Below, piece after piece: positions 7,997 to 18,900 of a stretch of 64,000 bases of DNA. Position numbers and translations under genes: made by a program. Under the pieces are notes generated by a model, which was not told the origin of the DNA, did not search any database, and was given only the letters and a program-made list of their open reading frames with translations. The number at the start of each line of letters is the position of its first letter. Positions within the stretch are counted from its first letter, which is position 1. The DNA comes from a virus (taxonomy: Duplodnaviria > Caudoviricetes): the IMG/VR virus record IMGVR_UViG_3300032007_000010. The stretch is one strand, 5' to 3'.

Positions 7997-8701
7997 ATGA
8001 GCAACTATCCGGAAGGTAATTTCATCGTGAGGTTTCTCGTCTGGATTCTCGGAAAGCTTGGCTGGTGGAGCTGCTCTCTCGAGCAACACGATGCCGAGTG
8101 TGAGAGATATGACGATCTCAGGGTTGAAAAGGAATCGTTGGTCGAACGCAACAAGGAACTTAACCGGCGATTGAACAAGGCCAACAAAACTCTCGACACG
8201 GTCCAAGCCACATCCATAGAAGAGCAGATGGAGATTAACCGGAAGCTTGAGCTCGAACAGGATCGCATCAATGCGGCGATGCAAAAAAGCGAAGAATACT
8301 ACAAAACTGTTCAGGAGGCTCTAAATAAGGCTCTCCAGGAGAATGGTGTGTATAAATTCGATGACAGATTGGCCTTCCCCGGGAGCACATCCTTCAACGG
8401 TGGTGAATATCGGGAAAATGATGAAAAATACATCATCGTGACCGGTAGAACCATCATGACAGATGAAGATACATCCCGCATGAAAACCATGCCGGATGTT
8501 CGTGACAAGTATCAGTACGCATACAACCACCTGCTCCAATGGGGTCTCGTGGAGAAGATTGCGAAGACGCTTGTTACCTCCGGTGGCGTAGCCTTCACGA
8601 TTGCTTTCAATCCCGAGTGCACTTCGGCGGAGGTGTACTATAACATCAGAGTAAAGAAGCCTGACAATGCTCTGATCATCGATGTGAATATGAACAAATG
8701 A
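7997..8701 (+). CDS. Hypothetical coiled-coil protein
   Basis: GGGAGG RBS; hydrophobic N-terminus followed by coiled coil. Confidence 0.65.
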   Translation: MSNYPEGNFIVRFLVWILGKLGWWSCSLEQHDAECERYDDLRVEKESLVERNKELNRRLNKANKTLDTVQATSIEEQMEINRKLELEQDRINAAMQKSEEYYKTVQEALNKALQENGVYKFDDRLAFPGSTSFNGGEYRENDEKYIIVTGRTIMTDEDTSRMKTMPDVRDKYQYAYNHLLQWGLVEKIAKTLVTSGGVAFTIAFNPECTSAEVYYNIRVKKPDNALIIDVNMNK

Positions 8702-8708
8702 ACACAAA

Positions 8709-8736
8709 GATCCCCTCCCAGTGTTGGGAGGGGATC
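8709..8736. terminator. Bidirectional terminator-like hairpin between convergent genes
   Basis: GATCCCCTCCCA/TGGGAGGGGATC. Confidence 0.65.
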
Positions 8737-8739
8737 ATA

Positions 8740-9090
8740 TCATTGGTTATTTTTCTCGGCGGCATCGAAGAGCTCATTCTGCACGCCCTGGCTCTCATCA
8801 ATCTCCGCATCGCGGCCTTCCTTGATGGCAGAGATGACCTCGCTCGCCTCCTGCACAACCTTGATGGATGCTTCGACCGACTTGGCATCGATTCGGCCCT
8901 CGCTGATGACATATGCGAGCACCGATGCGATCTCGAGTATGATGAACGCGACCGTTGCGATCGTATTGTCGGGGACCGCAAACATGCCAAGCACGCCGAC
9001 GATAACACCGACGAGAGACATGATAAACTTGCGAGAGGTGTACTTCTTCAGCACGCTCGTGTCGTTGGTGACAACCCTGTTTTCCTCCAT
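8740..9090 (-). CDS. Putative holin (two TM helices)
   Basis: TSRKF motif followed by two hydrophobic helices and YVISEG..D; GGAGG RBS. Confidence 0.65.
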   Translation of the reverse strand: MEENRVVTNDTSVLKKYTSRKFIMSLVGVIVGVLGMFAVPDNTIATVAFIILEIASVLAYVISEGRIDAKSVEASIKVVQEASEVISAIKEGRDAEIDESQGVQNELFDAAEKNNQ

Positions 9091-9180
9091 GATGCTTACC
9101 TCCTTGAGTAGATTCCTCACAAAGAATTCAATGAATAGTTTCCATGGGAACATGTTCATGTGGCCGGCTCCAATTCTTCG

Positions 9181-9657
9181 TCAATCGAGACGAGTTGGAT
9201 CCACATAAAGATTCTGTGTCGACTCATCCTGAGCATCTTCCACGGGTTCGACAAAGCTCTGTGCCTGGGCCTGTGCCTGGGCAACCGCGAACTGCGCCTG
9301 TGCCGTCGCGGTTTCTCGCGTGATGATATCATCCGGGAAGGTCGAATCGCCACCGAACTTTGGATTGTAGCGGAAGACGTTTTCGATGGTCTTGGTGAGC
9401 AAGAACGTCATGAGTTCACCGAGGATCACGGTGCACACATTGCTCGAGAGGCTCTCGGCGATCTGTTCGCGCCCGAGCAGCGCAAGCAGATACGACATCC
9501 AGATCCATAGACAGCCATTGATGGTGAGAAGCCACACCAGCTTTTTGCTTGCGTTATACATGAATCGTTCGAAGCCCTTTGCGCTGTCAGGAGTTGTCTG
9601 AGCCTTTGGAACATTGAGTTCCTGTGGAGCAGCATCCTTGATGTTTTGGGTAGACAT
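9181..9657 (-). CDS. Two-TM membrane protein, holin-like
   Basis: SKKLVWLLTINGCLWIWMSYLLALLG and a second hydrophobic helix; AAAGGAGG RBS. Confidence 0.55.
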   Translation of the reverse strand: MSTQNIKDAAPQELNVPKAQTTPDSAKGFERFMYNASKKLVWLLTINGCLWIWMSYLLALLGREQIAESLSSNVCTVILGELMTFLLTKTIENVFRYNPKFGGDSTFPDDIITRETATAQAQFAVAQAQAQAQSFVEPVEDAQDESTQNLYVDPTRLD

Positions 9658-9688
9658 TGAGAATCCTCCTTTCTTGAACGGATTTCAT

Positions 9689-9700
9689 TATAGTGATGTT
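9689..9700 (-). promoter_or_regulatory. Late-type promoter AACA-TCACTA-TA
   Basis: Motif match upstream of holin-like genes. Confidence 0.6.
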
Positions 9701-9740
9701 TGCAAAACCCCTCCCCGGACAAGGGGAGGGGTTCGTTTCG

Positions 9741-11846
9741 TCAGATGAGGTCCGTTTGCTTGAGCACCACGAACTGAAGCATTTCACCGTAGTCCAGATC
9801 GAGGGTGAGGAGATTGATTCCGTTGTGCTCCTTATCGATTTCGTAATCGATGCCAGGACGCAGAATCGTTTGGTTAAGATTGACCACCAAACGATCGCGA
9901 TATGCATCGTAGTTCGAGATATTAACGATGTTCACGGTTCCATCCGCGACGGACTCATAGGTCGAAGCGTAGGGCACGATCTTTCCAGGAGCTTCCCTGG
10001 CTTCTTCGAGCTGATCATCGATGTAGCTGCGAAGATCGTTGTTCTTATCCTGGGTCGACACGCTCCACGCAAACTTGGAGGTGGAGGTTCCGCTATTACC
10101 AACGTAGAGATATGTCTCGTCGGCATGCGTCCAGATATCTCCGATGGGTTGAAGCTTACCATCCGAATCGGTCGTGGGTGCTTCGCAGGGGTGCACATTG
10201 ATGGTCTGCGGTCGCGCACCGAGATTATGAGGGATGATGGTCTCATAGATCGTTCCGGTTTCCGGATCAACACCGGAAAACTCACCCTCACCGCTGCTGG
10301 TTAGATAGGTGGGAACCAGCTGGCTCACATCGACCTTGCCGTGCATGAGCGAGAACCAAACCCGCTTGCTCTCGTTATACACCACCCACAGATAGGTTCC
10401 GGCACGGAATCCTCCGGTGATTGGCATGTCAAACACATCACAAACCGGCAGCGCAGGACCATCGACAAACTTGATGGTTGGGTAGTTCTTCAGCCTATTC
10501 TTCAGCTTTATGAGCAACACATAGTTGTCACAGAGCGTGGAGTGAGAGATGTTGAAGAGTAGATGCTGGCCATCGTGGTCGCGGGATTCGGCAACATTGA
10601 AGTTTGGCACATCAAGCATGGCACCCTGGAGAATCGTGTAGAAGATTTCCTCTCCGGATGCAAGTGTCTTTTGCAGCAGAACAATGCCACCGACCTCATC
10701 GATCGTGTAGTCCACATCGAGAATGAGCAGCGAGTTATCCTGCATGATCGAAATGTCGTCGCGTCTGTGGTCAAACTCGGGGACCAGGAAGTATCCGGTC
10801 TCGGTGTCTGCGGTGTATGATCCATGGATCACGTTGAGCTTATAGCGATAGTTGCCGGTGGCTCCCCAGTTGTTTGGAATGAGCTCGCCGGGGCATTCCA
10901 CAAACTGTGTGATTACGAAATGAAGCACATCGCCCTTTGATAATACGATGTTGTGCAGAGTGATAATGCACTCTTCGGGATCATAGTCATAGTCTAGGCC
11001 ATTGCGCAGAATTGTCTGGTTGAAGTTTACAACCATGCGATGTGCGCCAATTACCTCGCCTGGAACAGGTACCACCGTGGTATTGTCTGCGGTGATCTCA
11101 ACATCTTTGACGATGTCCTTGAGCTCGTAGCGGTAGTGGCCGCTCTTTGCTGTGGTGACGTAGCTGATGATTGTGAATTGGAGAATTTCACCCTCACTCA
11201 GTCCAAATCCGATGAGTCTGATGCTATTGTTCACCGACTTCGTATATTCGTAGTCGGTACCGAACCTCAGAATGGTCTGGCCGTAGTTTACCACCAGTTT
11301 ATCCGTTCGTTTATTGAAGCCGGGGATGACGATGGTTTGGGTATCATCGGCGTCGGCCTCAAAGGTATAATCAGTCTCAACCGGCAGCACAACCTTGGTG
11401 ACATCAACAAAGCTGTTGGTGCTCATGAGGATCCACTTGTCCAGAGACTCATTCCACACGAGGAAAATGGTGGCGTCGGCCATCTGTCCACCTGGGATAC
11501 GTTCACCGTTCGCGCTGATGATCTGCTTATTCTCTCCACCGTTGAAGCTAAGTGTTGGTTCGGCCTCGAGGGTCTTGCTCAGCGTAACCATGAGAGGAAG
11601 ACCGTCGGAAAGAGCGGTACCCCGAAGAGTAACCTTCAGGGCCCGCTCGGTTCCTTCGGCAAGGACATGATTCAGATGAACCGTTTTGTCCTCGAGATGG
11701 CGGTCGTACCGGATCAGATCAGATTCCAGTACGCCGCCATTCTCAGATCTCAGAATATTTTCGGTGATCCCCTGGGGGAACAACACATCATATTCACCGG
11801 AAGAGGACGAGGAGTTGAAATGTCTCATTCGTATGAGCCTATTCAT
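9741..11846 (-). CDS. Tail/baseplate-associated structural protein with repeated beta-rich domains
   Basis: Four copies of a V..NQTILR.G.DY...L..G..LQF-like unit. Confidence 0.6.
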   Translation of the reverse strand: MNRLIRMRHFNSSSSSGEYDVLFPQGITENILRSENGGVLESDLIRYDRHLEDKTVHLNHVLAEGTERALKVTLRGTALSDGLPLMVTLSKTLEAEPTLSFNGGENKQIISANGERIPGGQMADATIFLVWNESLDKWILMSTNSFVDVTKVVLPVETDYTFEADADDTQTIVIPGFNKRTDKLVVNYGQTILRFGTDYEYTKSVNNSIRLIGFGLSEGEILQFTIISYVTTAKSGHYRYELKDIVKDVEITADNTTVVPVPGEVIGAHRMVVNFNQTILRNGLDYDYDPEECIITLHNIVLSKGDVLHFVITQFVECPGELIPNNWGATGNYRYKLNVIHGSYTADTETGYFLVPEFDHRRDDISIMQDNSLLILDVDYTIDEVGGIVLLQKTLASGEEIFYTILQGAMLDVPNFNVAESRDHDGQHLLFNISHSTLCDNYVLLIKLKNRLKNYPTIKFVDGPALPVCDVFDMPITGGFRAGTYLWVVYNESKRVWFSLMHGKVDVSQLVPTYLTSSGEGEFSGVDPETGTIYETIIPHNLGARPQTINVHPCEAPTTDSDGKLQPIGDIWTHADETYLYVGNSGTSTSKFAWSVSTQDKNNDLRSYIDDQLEEAREAPGKIVPYASTYESVADGTVNIVNISNYDAYRDRLVVNLNQTILRPGIDYEIDKEHNGINLLTLDLDYGEMLQFVVLKQTDLI

Positions 11847-11877
11847 ACCCCTTCATCCTTTCCGATATGCGTTGATA

Positions 11878-14532
11878 TTAGTTGGCGCTGATGGCCTCGA
11901 GCACGAGCTGCTCCTCGTCCGCATCAACGGGCAGAGCACCAGCGTTGACAACCTGCAGAGAGCCGAGAGCAACCTGATCGAGCTCGGACTTGTAGGCCAG
12001 GCCCTCGCCGTCATAGGTCGGACGACCATTGGCATCCTCGCCAAGCTTATCGAGCACCGCGCGGTTGGTGTGCGTCGCCTTGCTGACAGCATCATCGATG
12101 GCTGCAACCGTGGAGGACGGCTTGTCGTTGATATTGGCCCAATCAACGGTGCCGGTGATATCAACGTCGAGCTTACCATTGGAGTTGAGCACCAGGATCT
12201 TACCAGCGTTGGCCGCAGACGCCACGGTGACCTTCTCGCTGGCGTTCACCGCGTCGGTGATGCCGTAGCCGGCCAGAGTGGTGGGCTTGTTCTGAACGCC
12301 GCTCCAGTCAACACTGGAAGCCGCACCGGCCTTGTAGACCTCGTAGCCATCCTCGCTGCTGAGCTTGGTGTCGTCGACAATGAAGTACATCTTGTCGGTG
12401 GCCGTGACCTTGACCGTGTCGCCGGTCTGGGCGGTGGCGGTGGTCAGCGCGAAACGCGCGGCGTCATCCGCGACAACGATGCAACGCTCGAGCGCGCCGT
12501 GAGGCAGACGAGCGATGTCGATGGTGCCGCTGGTGATCCATGTGGCGTCGATGGCCCGGATGTCGGTCTGGAGCTGAGCGATGTCACCGAGGATGGTGTC
12601 AGCGGTGGAATCATCACCGATCACGTCGTCAATGCCGTCAGCCCAGGACTTGGTCGCGAAGTACTCAGAATCGTGACCATCGAGCGTATTCGCATCGCCG
12701 GTCACATCGACATCGAGTTTGCCGGCAGCGTTCAGGACCAGGATCTTACCAGCATTTGCCGCCGAAGCCGTGGTGACCTTCTCAGCACTGTTCACGGCAT
12801 CGGTGATGCCGTAGCCGGCCAGCGTGGTCGGAGTGCCAGTGATCTGGCTCCACAGAATCTGGGAACCGCCGACGTTGACGATCTCCTCGTAGCCCTGAGC
12901 ATTGTCAAGGTTCGCGGTGTCGACAACAGCATAGACAGCACCAGCATTGGTCTTGACCAGATCGCCAACGGAGGTGTTGTCCGCGGTGCGGGTCGTGTAG
13001 GCCGTGGCCATGTCAGCAACCTTGATCATACGGCCGGAGATATCGGCGGGCAGCTGGCTGCGGGTCAGGGTACCGGTGATCTTGTTCGCGGCGAGCGCGG
13101 TGATGGCAGTGCCAGCCTTGAGCTGAGCGATGTCGTATTTGATGGTGCCGGTGGTATCCGCATCACCGATGGTATTCTCGATGGCGCCAACACGATCAAC
13201 CAGACCGGTGGTCGCGGTATCGACGGTGGTCTCGAGGTCAGCGATGCGCTTGGACAGACCAGACTCATCGTTCATGCCAACGCGATTCTGCAGCGCAGTG
13301 ACGTCGGCGGCGGTGCCGTAGTAGCTGGGCGCATTGCCACCGAGGGACGCAGCGTCGCCGGTGATGGAGGTGTCCATCTTGCCGGTCGCGTTGATCTTCA
13401 GCAGCTTGCCAGCGTTGGCAGCGCTTGCGGTTTCGACAAGGTCGGAGGTATCAACGGCGTCGGACGCGTAGTTCTTGATCGCGGTGGGCTTGTTCTCAAC
13501 GCCGGACCAATCGACGGCCGCAGCCTTGGAAACGGTGTACTCCATGTAGGCGCTCTCCCAGTCGGCGGTGCCGAGCTTGGTCTCGTCAACAACGAAGTAC
13601 ATGAGATTCGTGGCGGTAACCTTGACGGTATCACCATTCTGAACCTGAGCGGTGGTCAGAGCCGCACGCGCAGCATCATCAGCCGCAACATAGACGGTCT
13701 CAACGGCGCTCGCGGGCAGACGGTCAATGCTGATCGTGCCGCTGGTGATCCATGTGGCATCGATGGCCCGGATCTCACTCTGCAGGGTGTCGATTTCGCC
13801 CTCGGCGGTATCGAGACGACCCTCGGCGTTGGTCATGGCGGCGGCGGTCGCATAGTAGGACTTACCCTCGCCACCGAGTGTGGCGGCATCGCCCGTGATG
13901 TCGACATCCATCTTGCCAGCGTTGTTCAGGACAAGAATCTTGCCGACGTTCTCGGCGCTGGCCGTGGTGACTTTCTCAGCGCTGTTAACGGCGTCGGTGA
14001 TGCCGTAACCGGCCAGCGTGGTCGGAGTGCCAGTGATACGGTTCCATGCCACGGTGGACGCGCTGTCGGAGAGCTCCATGTAGGTGGGAGTCGTGCCGGT
14101 GAAACCGGTCACCAGATAGACCTTACCACCGGTGACCTTGACCAGATCGCCGATGTTGACGTCGTCCTTGTCGAGCTCAGCTTTGGCCGCCTCGGAGGCA
14201 ACTTCGACGCCCTTGCCGCCAACATCCTCGGGGAGGTTGGCACGGGAGACGGTACCGGTGAGCTTGTTCGCAGCCAGAGCAGTGATGCTCTCGCCGGAAA
14301 CAATCGCCGGAACGGTGACCTTGTCGAGCTTGGTGAGATTGTTGATGGCCTTCTGCAGGAGCGCATAGACGCTGCTATCCGCGGAGATAGTTTCGTCGAT
14401 GGTCCAGCCGTCGCCGGCGGCAACGTTGAAGCCTGTGCCAATGTAGGAAATGTCGGCGCTGTTGGCAAGGTAAATGGGATCCCAATCCGTGCCATTATAG
14501 CGCTTCAGAGTAGTTTTCTGTACAGTAGCCAT
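11878..14532 (-). CDS. Long tail fibre protein with internal repeats
   Basis: Repeated W..ITG.PTTLAGYGITDA fibre motifs, coiled-coil linkers, Ala/Thr-rich. Confidence 0.8.
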   Translation of the reverse strand: MATVQKTTLKRYNGTDWDPIYLANSADISYIGTGFNVAAGDGWTIDETISADSSVYALLQKAINNLTKLDKVTVPAIVSGESITALAANKLTGTVSRANLPEDVGGKGVEVASEAAKAELDKDDVNIGDLVKVTGGKVYLVTGFTGTTPTYMELSDSASTVAWNRITGTPTTLAGYGITDAVNSAEKVTTASAENVGKILVLNNAGKMDVDITGDAATLGGEGKSYYATAAAMTNAEGRLDTAEGEIDTLQSEIRAIDATWITSGTISIDRLPASAVETVYVAADDAARAALTTAQVQNGDTVKVTATNLMYFVVDETKLGTADWESAYMEYTVSKAAAVDWSGVENKPTAIKNYASDAVDTSDLVETASAANAGKLLKINATGKMDTSITGDAASLGGNAPSYYGTAADVTALQNRVGMNDESGLSKRIADLETTVDTATTGLVDRVGAIENTIGDADTTGTIKYDIAQLKAGTAITALAANKITGTLTRSQLPADISGRMIKVADMATAYTTRTADNTSVGDLVKTNAGAVYAVVDTANLDNAQGYEEIVNVGGSQILWSQITGTPTTLAGYGITDAVNSAEKVTTASAANAGKILVLNAAGKLDVDVTGDANTLDGHDSEYFATKSWADGIDDVIGDDSTADTILGDIAQLQTDIRAIDATWITSGTIDIARLPHGALERCIVVADDAARFALTTATAQTGDTVKVTATDKMYFIVDDTKLSSEDGYEVYKAGAASSVDWSGVQNKPTTLAGYGITDAVNASEKVTVASAANAGKILVLNSNGKLDVDITGTVDWANINDKPSSTVAAIDDAVSKATHTNRAVLDKLGEDANGRPTYDGEGLAYKSELDQVALGSLQVVNAGALPVDADEEQLVLEAISAN

Positions 14533-14571
14533 AGTGATACAACGATCCTTTCTATAAAATATGGAGTCGTA

Positions 14572-15834
14572 CTACGACTCAGGGTCGGCCTGCTTGAATA
14601 CGATGAACTGGAGAATGTCCCCAGCGTTGAAACGAATCTTCTGGAACACGAGACTTCCCTCTTCTTCGATCACGAAGTCTGTCGTAGGTTGCAGGATAGT
14701 CTGGCCAAAGATAACGATCAGCTTATCGAAGTTCGGGTCGAAATCTTCGACGTGGTTGATCGTATCCGTGCTGTCAATCGCTATCGTTTGGGTGGACATC
14801 CGGGCATCGATGAGACCGGGTCTGGCCTTGAGCAGGCTCACGGCATTGCTGATGGTGGTGTTGAGACGTTCCTCCATCTGCTCAATGGTATTCGCCATGT
14901 CCGTGAAACGTTGCTGATAATCCTGGATTGCCCATTCGAGACGCGTGTTGGCGGCATTGAGGCGTTGACAAACCAACTTCATGACCTGCATGACCGTTGA
15001 AGATGCGGCGTCGCACACAACAAAGGATTCGTTCTGCTCATCGTAGATCAGCATTATAATATTGTTTGCTAAAATGGGGTACCCCCAGGAATCACCATTC
15101 ACATCCACAAGGGGTTTCTCGGATGCACCGTTTACTCTGAGCGTGGCATTCTCATCGATATCTGCCGTAGCATAGAGGCAGAGCACGTCGAGGTCGGCAA
15201 GACTGCCAGAGATCACACAGCTGATAGATGACCCACTGCTTGTGGTTTCGGCATAGTAGCTCGACGGTGAAAGCGAGGTCCAGCCAACGAAGAGATTCTG
15301 CTGTGTGTTGTACCTCCCGGTGTAGGTAATCATCGAATGATTATCGTAGTATTGGCAAAGCACTGCCTCGGGAGACGATTTGAACACCGTCACGATTCCA
15401 GAGTTGGAGGGAAATCCCATGGTTTCATAGTTCTCATATTCAACCAATGAGGTTAGAATGGCCGGCTCCTCCATCTGACGGATGATGCTATCCATGGAGA
15501 GGGACACACCGAGCTGGGTGAGCTGGGAGATGGACGAATAGAGATGAATGCCGTTCACCATGTCGGAGTTTAGCAGCTTGGTGTCCGGATCGAACTTCGA
15601 AGTAATCTGACTGATGTGTGCAACCGAATTTGGACAAAATAGTTCACCGGTGGTCGGATTCTTCACATAGAAACAACCTTCGGTGTAACTCACACCGATC
15701 TCACCCGGCGCCAGAAGATTCTTGTCCTCGTCGGATTTAATTTCTTTGACGATGATTCTGAAGATCTGCGCGAGGAGCGCCATCTGATAGTCTGTCATCG
15801 TTCGCTGGGCGGTCATGGAACTGGCTGGATTCAT
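14572..15834 (-). CDS. Tail-associated structural protein
   Basis: LAPGEIG fibre-like N-terminal motif; C-terminal domain paralogous to that of 9741..11846. Confidence 0.55.
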   Translation of the reverse strand: MNPASSMTAQRTMTDYQMALLAQIFRIIVKEIKSDEDKNLLAPGEIGVSYTEGCFYVKNPTTGELFCPNSVAHISQITSKFDPDTKLLNSDMVNGIHLYSSISQLTQLGVSLSMDSIIRQMEEPAILTSLVEYENYETMGFPSNSGIVTVFKSSPEAVLCQYYDNHSMITYTGRYNTQQNLFVGWTSLSPSSYYAETTSSGSSISCVISGSLADLDVLCLYATADIDENATLRVNGASEKPLVDVNGDSWGYPILANNIIMLIYDEQNESFVVCDAASSTVMQVMKLVCQRLNAANTRLEWAIQDYQQRFTDMANTIEQMEERLNTTISNAVSLLKARPGLIDARMSTQTIAIDSTDTINHVEDFDPNFDKLIVIFGQTILQPTTDFVIEEEGSLVFQKIRFNAGDILQFIVFKQADPES

Positions 15835-15867
15835 GGAATGTCACCCCTTGTTTTCAATGTATTTGAT

Positions 15868-15879
15868 TATATGGATGTT
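15868..15879 (-). promoter_or_regulatory. Late-type promoter AACA-TCCATA-TA
   Basis: Motif match upstream of the fibre operon. Confidence 0.6.
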
Positions 15880-15936
15880 CCAGCCATTGGATCGCCGCGA
15901 CATTAGTGAAAACGGGACCCGAAGGCCCCGTTTTCG

Positions 15937-18900
15937 TCAATTATTTGCGCCGATTTGATAGGTTGGATCATCGCCGTTACCGCTGATCACGATTCGCGAT
16001 TGATCAAAGGGCATACCCGAGAGATCAATGTCGGATATCGCGTGGAACTTGCGCACCAGATCAGTGCGGAATTCCTCTGCCTCATCGGGATGTTCCTCGA
16101 GATAGTTGAGAATTCGCTCGAGTTTTCCGCTATAGATATACTCCTCGAGAAGCACATCGTAGTATCCGCGCTTTGTGCGATCGATGACCTTGATCGGCTC
16201 CATCGTGTTGTAGCGAGACGGTCTGCTGATCTTTCGTGTGGCGATGTCGATCTGGTGATAGACCAGCGCTTTCTTTTTGAGGGTCATGAGCGCCTCGTCT
16301 CTCTTGGAATAGAGAATGTCGACGGTGGAGATGATCTCGTCAAAGTTCAATAGTCGCAGGCGACCGTCGGCGAGTTCCTCGTACTCGTTGGTGGGAATAT
16401 ATCTACCATTCACGAAGAGAAGCATCCGTCTGTTCAAAAAGACGAAGTCTCGCTCGTGAAAATCAATGATGTGCTCGTAGGCTGCCTCTCGTTCTTCGGT
16501 GCTCGTCGTATCTTCGGAGTAATATAGACGGAACCGTCCAACGTTGGTCGAGAAGTGAACCGCACAATCCGTCGTGTCGATGTCAGCGGTGGCAACCACA
16601 TGTGATGTTCCGGTGTAGAGACGCTTGAGCGCTGGATCAAAATCATCACCATGCGTCACGAGGCGTTTGTAGAACAGATTCACATCATCCAGTTTAATTT
16701 CACCCGAATCCAACAGATCCGCAATGATCGAGAGATACTTCACCCCGAGTTTTCCCTTGAAGTTGATCATGATATCATCGAACATGAACGCCTGGATATC
16801 AGGGCAATCAAAGCGCACCATGACGAGACGTTCGTCGACTCGAATGATCATGGTGTTTGGATCGGAGTAGGCAACGCGGTTATCGATGTCATCGAGGAAT
16901 TCGTACCAAAGAATATCCTTGTCACCGGCACCGATGTCTGGCTGTTCGCCGCCATAGTGAACTGGATAAAGTGTCGGGTCGAGTCGTTCGCGGAATATCT
17001 CACCGAGTCCCTCGGTTCCCTTGTCGTGTGGCACATAGTCGAGACCGGTGGAAGCATAGGTTTCCGTCTCGGTTTCGAGATAGTATCCATCGGGCATCTT
17101 GTGTCCGATCTCGTATGCATAGGCGGTGACGACGTCCTTGATGATGTTTTCTTTGATGGAAGCTGGAATCGCAAGCCAGAGAGTTCCCACCTCGAGATCC
17201 GCAGCATCCGGTTCATGGATATTCATGATATACTTTACCGCCATCTCGGTGATCTTCGCATAGTCCGGAATCGGAACGCCCTCCTCATCGAAATCGGTGT
17301 GGAGAATGATCTGATTGTTGCGGAGGTGCGAAGAGTCTGGGCCGAGCACGATCTGATCTTCCTCGTCGGCGAGAAGCGATTCAATCTCCATGGCGAGCAT
17401 TCCCTCAGTCGGATCACCGATGTTGAGGATATGTCGTGCGAGAAGAATGCGATACACCACATCATTGAGTACCGATGGATCATCGCTGGAAGCATAGTGC
17501 AGCCAGAGATCACCGACATCCTTTGCCACCGGCTCATCGTCATCATTGTTGATGAGATAGTTTCCGACGATCGAAAGTTTAACATCGGTCGAAAGCTTTG
17601 CGACATCGTCCATGCTAAGCTGCTCACCTGTGGTCTCATCCACAAAGGATATGTTATCCAGCGCAACCTGGCCGATCGTCGGATCCATGATGGAGTTTAT
17701 CGTGATATTCTTGGAAACGGCATTCTGTACCTGATCCAGGAGATCTCCGGACGGATCGACACCATCGTCATCGCCCAGATCATCGACACCGAGGAGATCA
17801 TCCAGTTCGTCCGTGGATGTGGCACTCGCATCATCACCGGTTTTGAATTCGGTGTGAATATCATATTCACCCTCTTCGGACTCGGGAATATCATCGTTGA
17901 TGGCATCGAATGCGTAGTTGCCTGTCTCGCTGGTTTTGCCCGCGGTGTCGTTGGTCACCAAAACGCGTGTGCCATCATTGGTGGAATCGAGACTATCTTT
18001 GTACGGAAGTCGATCTCCCTGCGGAAGTTCGAGCCAGAGTGTCTTCTCGCGTTCCTCGGTCGGAGTTATGAAACCCTCTTCGATGCGCTCGAAGGTCTGG
18101 TTGACATCCTCCGGATACTCCGGATACGGAGATTGAACGTAGAGATCGCCATCTTCATAGTTCGGAACCTTCGGTGGCGGTGCATCCACATAACCGTGTG
18201 TTATGCTGGTCTCATCGCGTGCTGGGTTCGGGCTATCAAGCTCGATGAGGACCTGGTTCATCTCATCCTCGGTCGGAAGATCTCCAACCTTGATCTTGTT
18301 CATCACCTTGACGCGAGGGTCGTCGATGCCATCCCCATACTGGAGAACGAGCTGATCCTTGTAATAGTCGGTGAGTTTGAAGTAGGTCATCACAAGCTTG
18401 TTGTACGATTTTGGACCGGCGGATGGATCAAGGTCGATCAGATAGGCACCCTCCTTGATTTCCTCCGGGACAGTGTCCGGATCGAGACCGAAGAGGTTGA
18501 TGGTGTCGACGGCCTTGGTCGCAAACATCTCTGGCACCGCATTGATCAGGAGCTCGAACCACAGGTAACCATCCTTTATGTCCGGTTCCTCCGTGGCAAT
18601 GCGAACCTTGTCCTGATCCTCTTGATCGAGAATCTGCGTGCGCAGGACCATGAGATTTCGATAGAACCGATTGAGTTTGCGATGGAGCTGGAGCACATTG
18701 TTCTCATCGAAATATTCACCAGCATTGACGATCACCGTGTCTTCGTTCGCATTGAACTTGATGATGCTGAGCTTTGAGATATCGTAGGATGGATCAATCA
18801 CGTACCGGTCAATGCCGTTCGTCGTGTTTTCACTGTAGTGATCGGTGCTACGATTGTGATACATGCTTCGAATCTCATAGTCGCTGAACACATATCCTTC

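Noticed and set aside
12250-14040. DGR template/variable repeat pair in the tail fibre
   Set aside because: Repeats are in-frame protein repeats with synonymous differences, not adenine-specific; no reverse transcriptase in the window
11686-15000. 1104-aa plus-strand ORF (also 16651-18777 +, 50532-52040 -, 32231-33601 - and similar)
   Set aside because: Antisense shadows of strongly codon-biased real genes; no RBS or recognisable motifs
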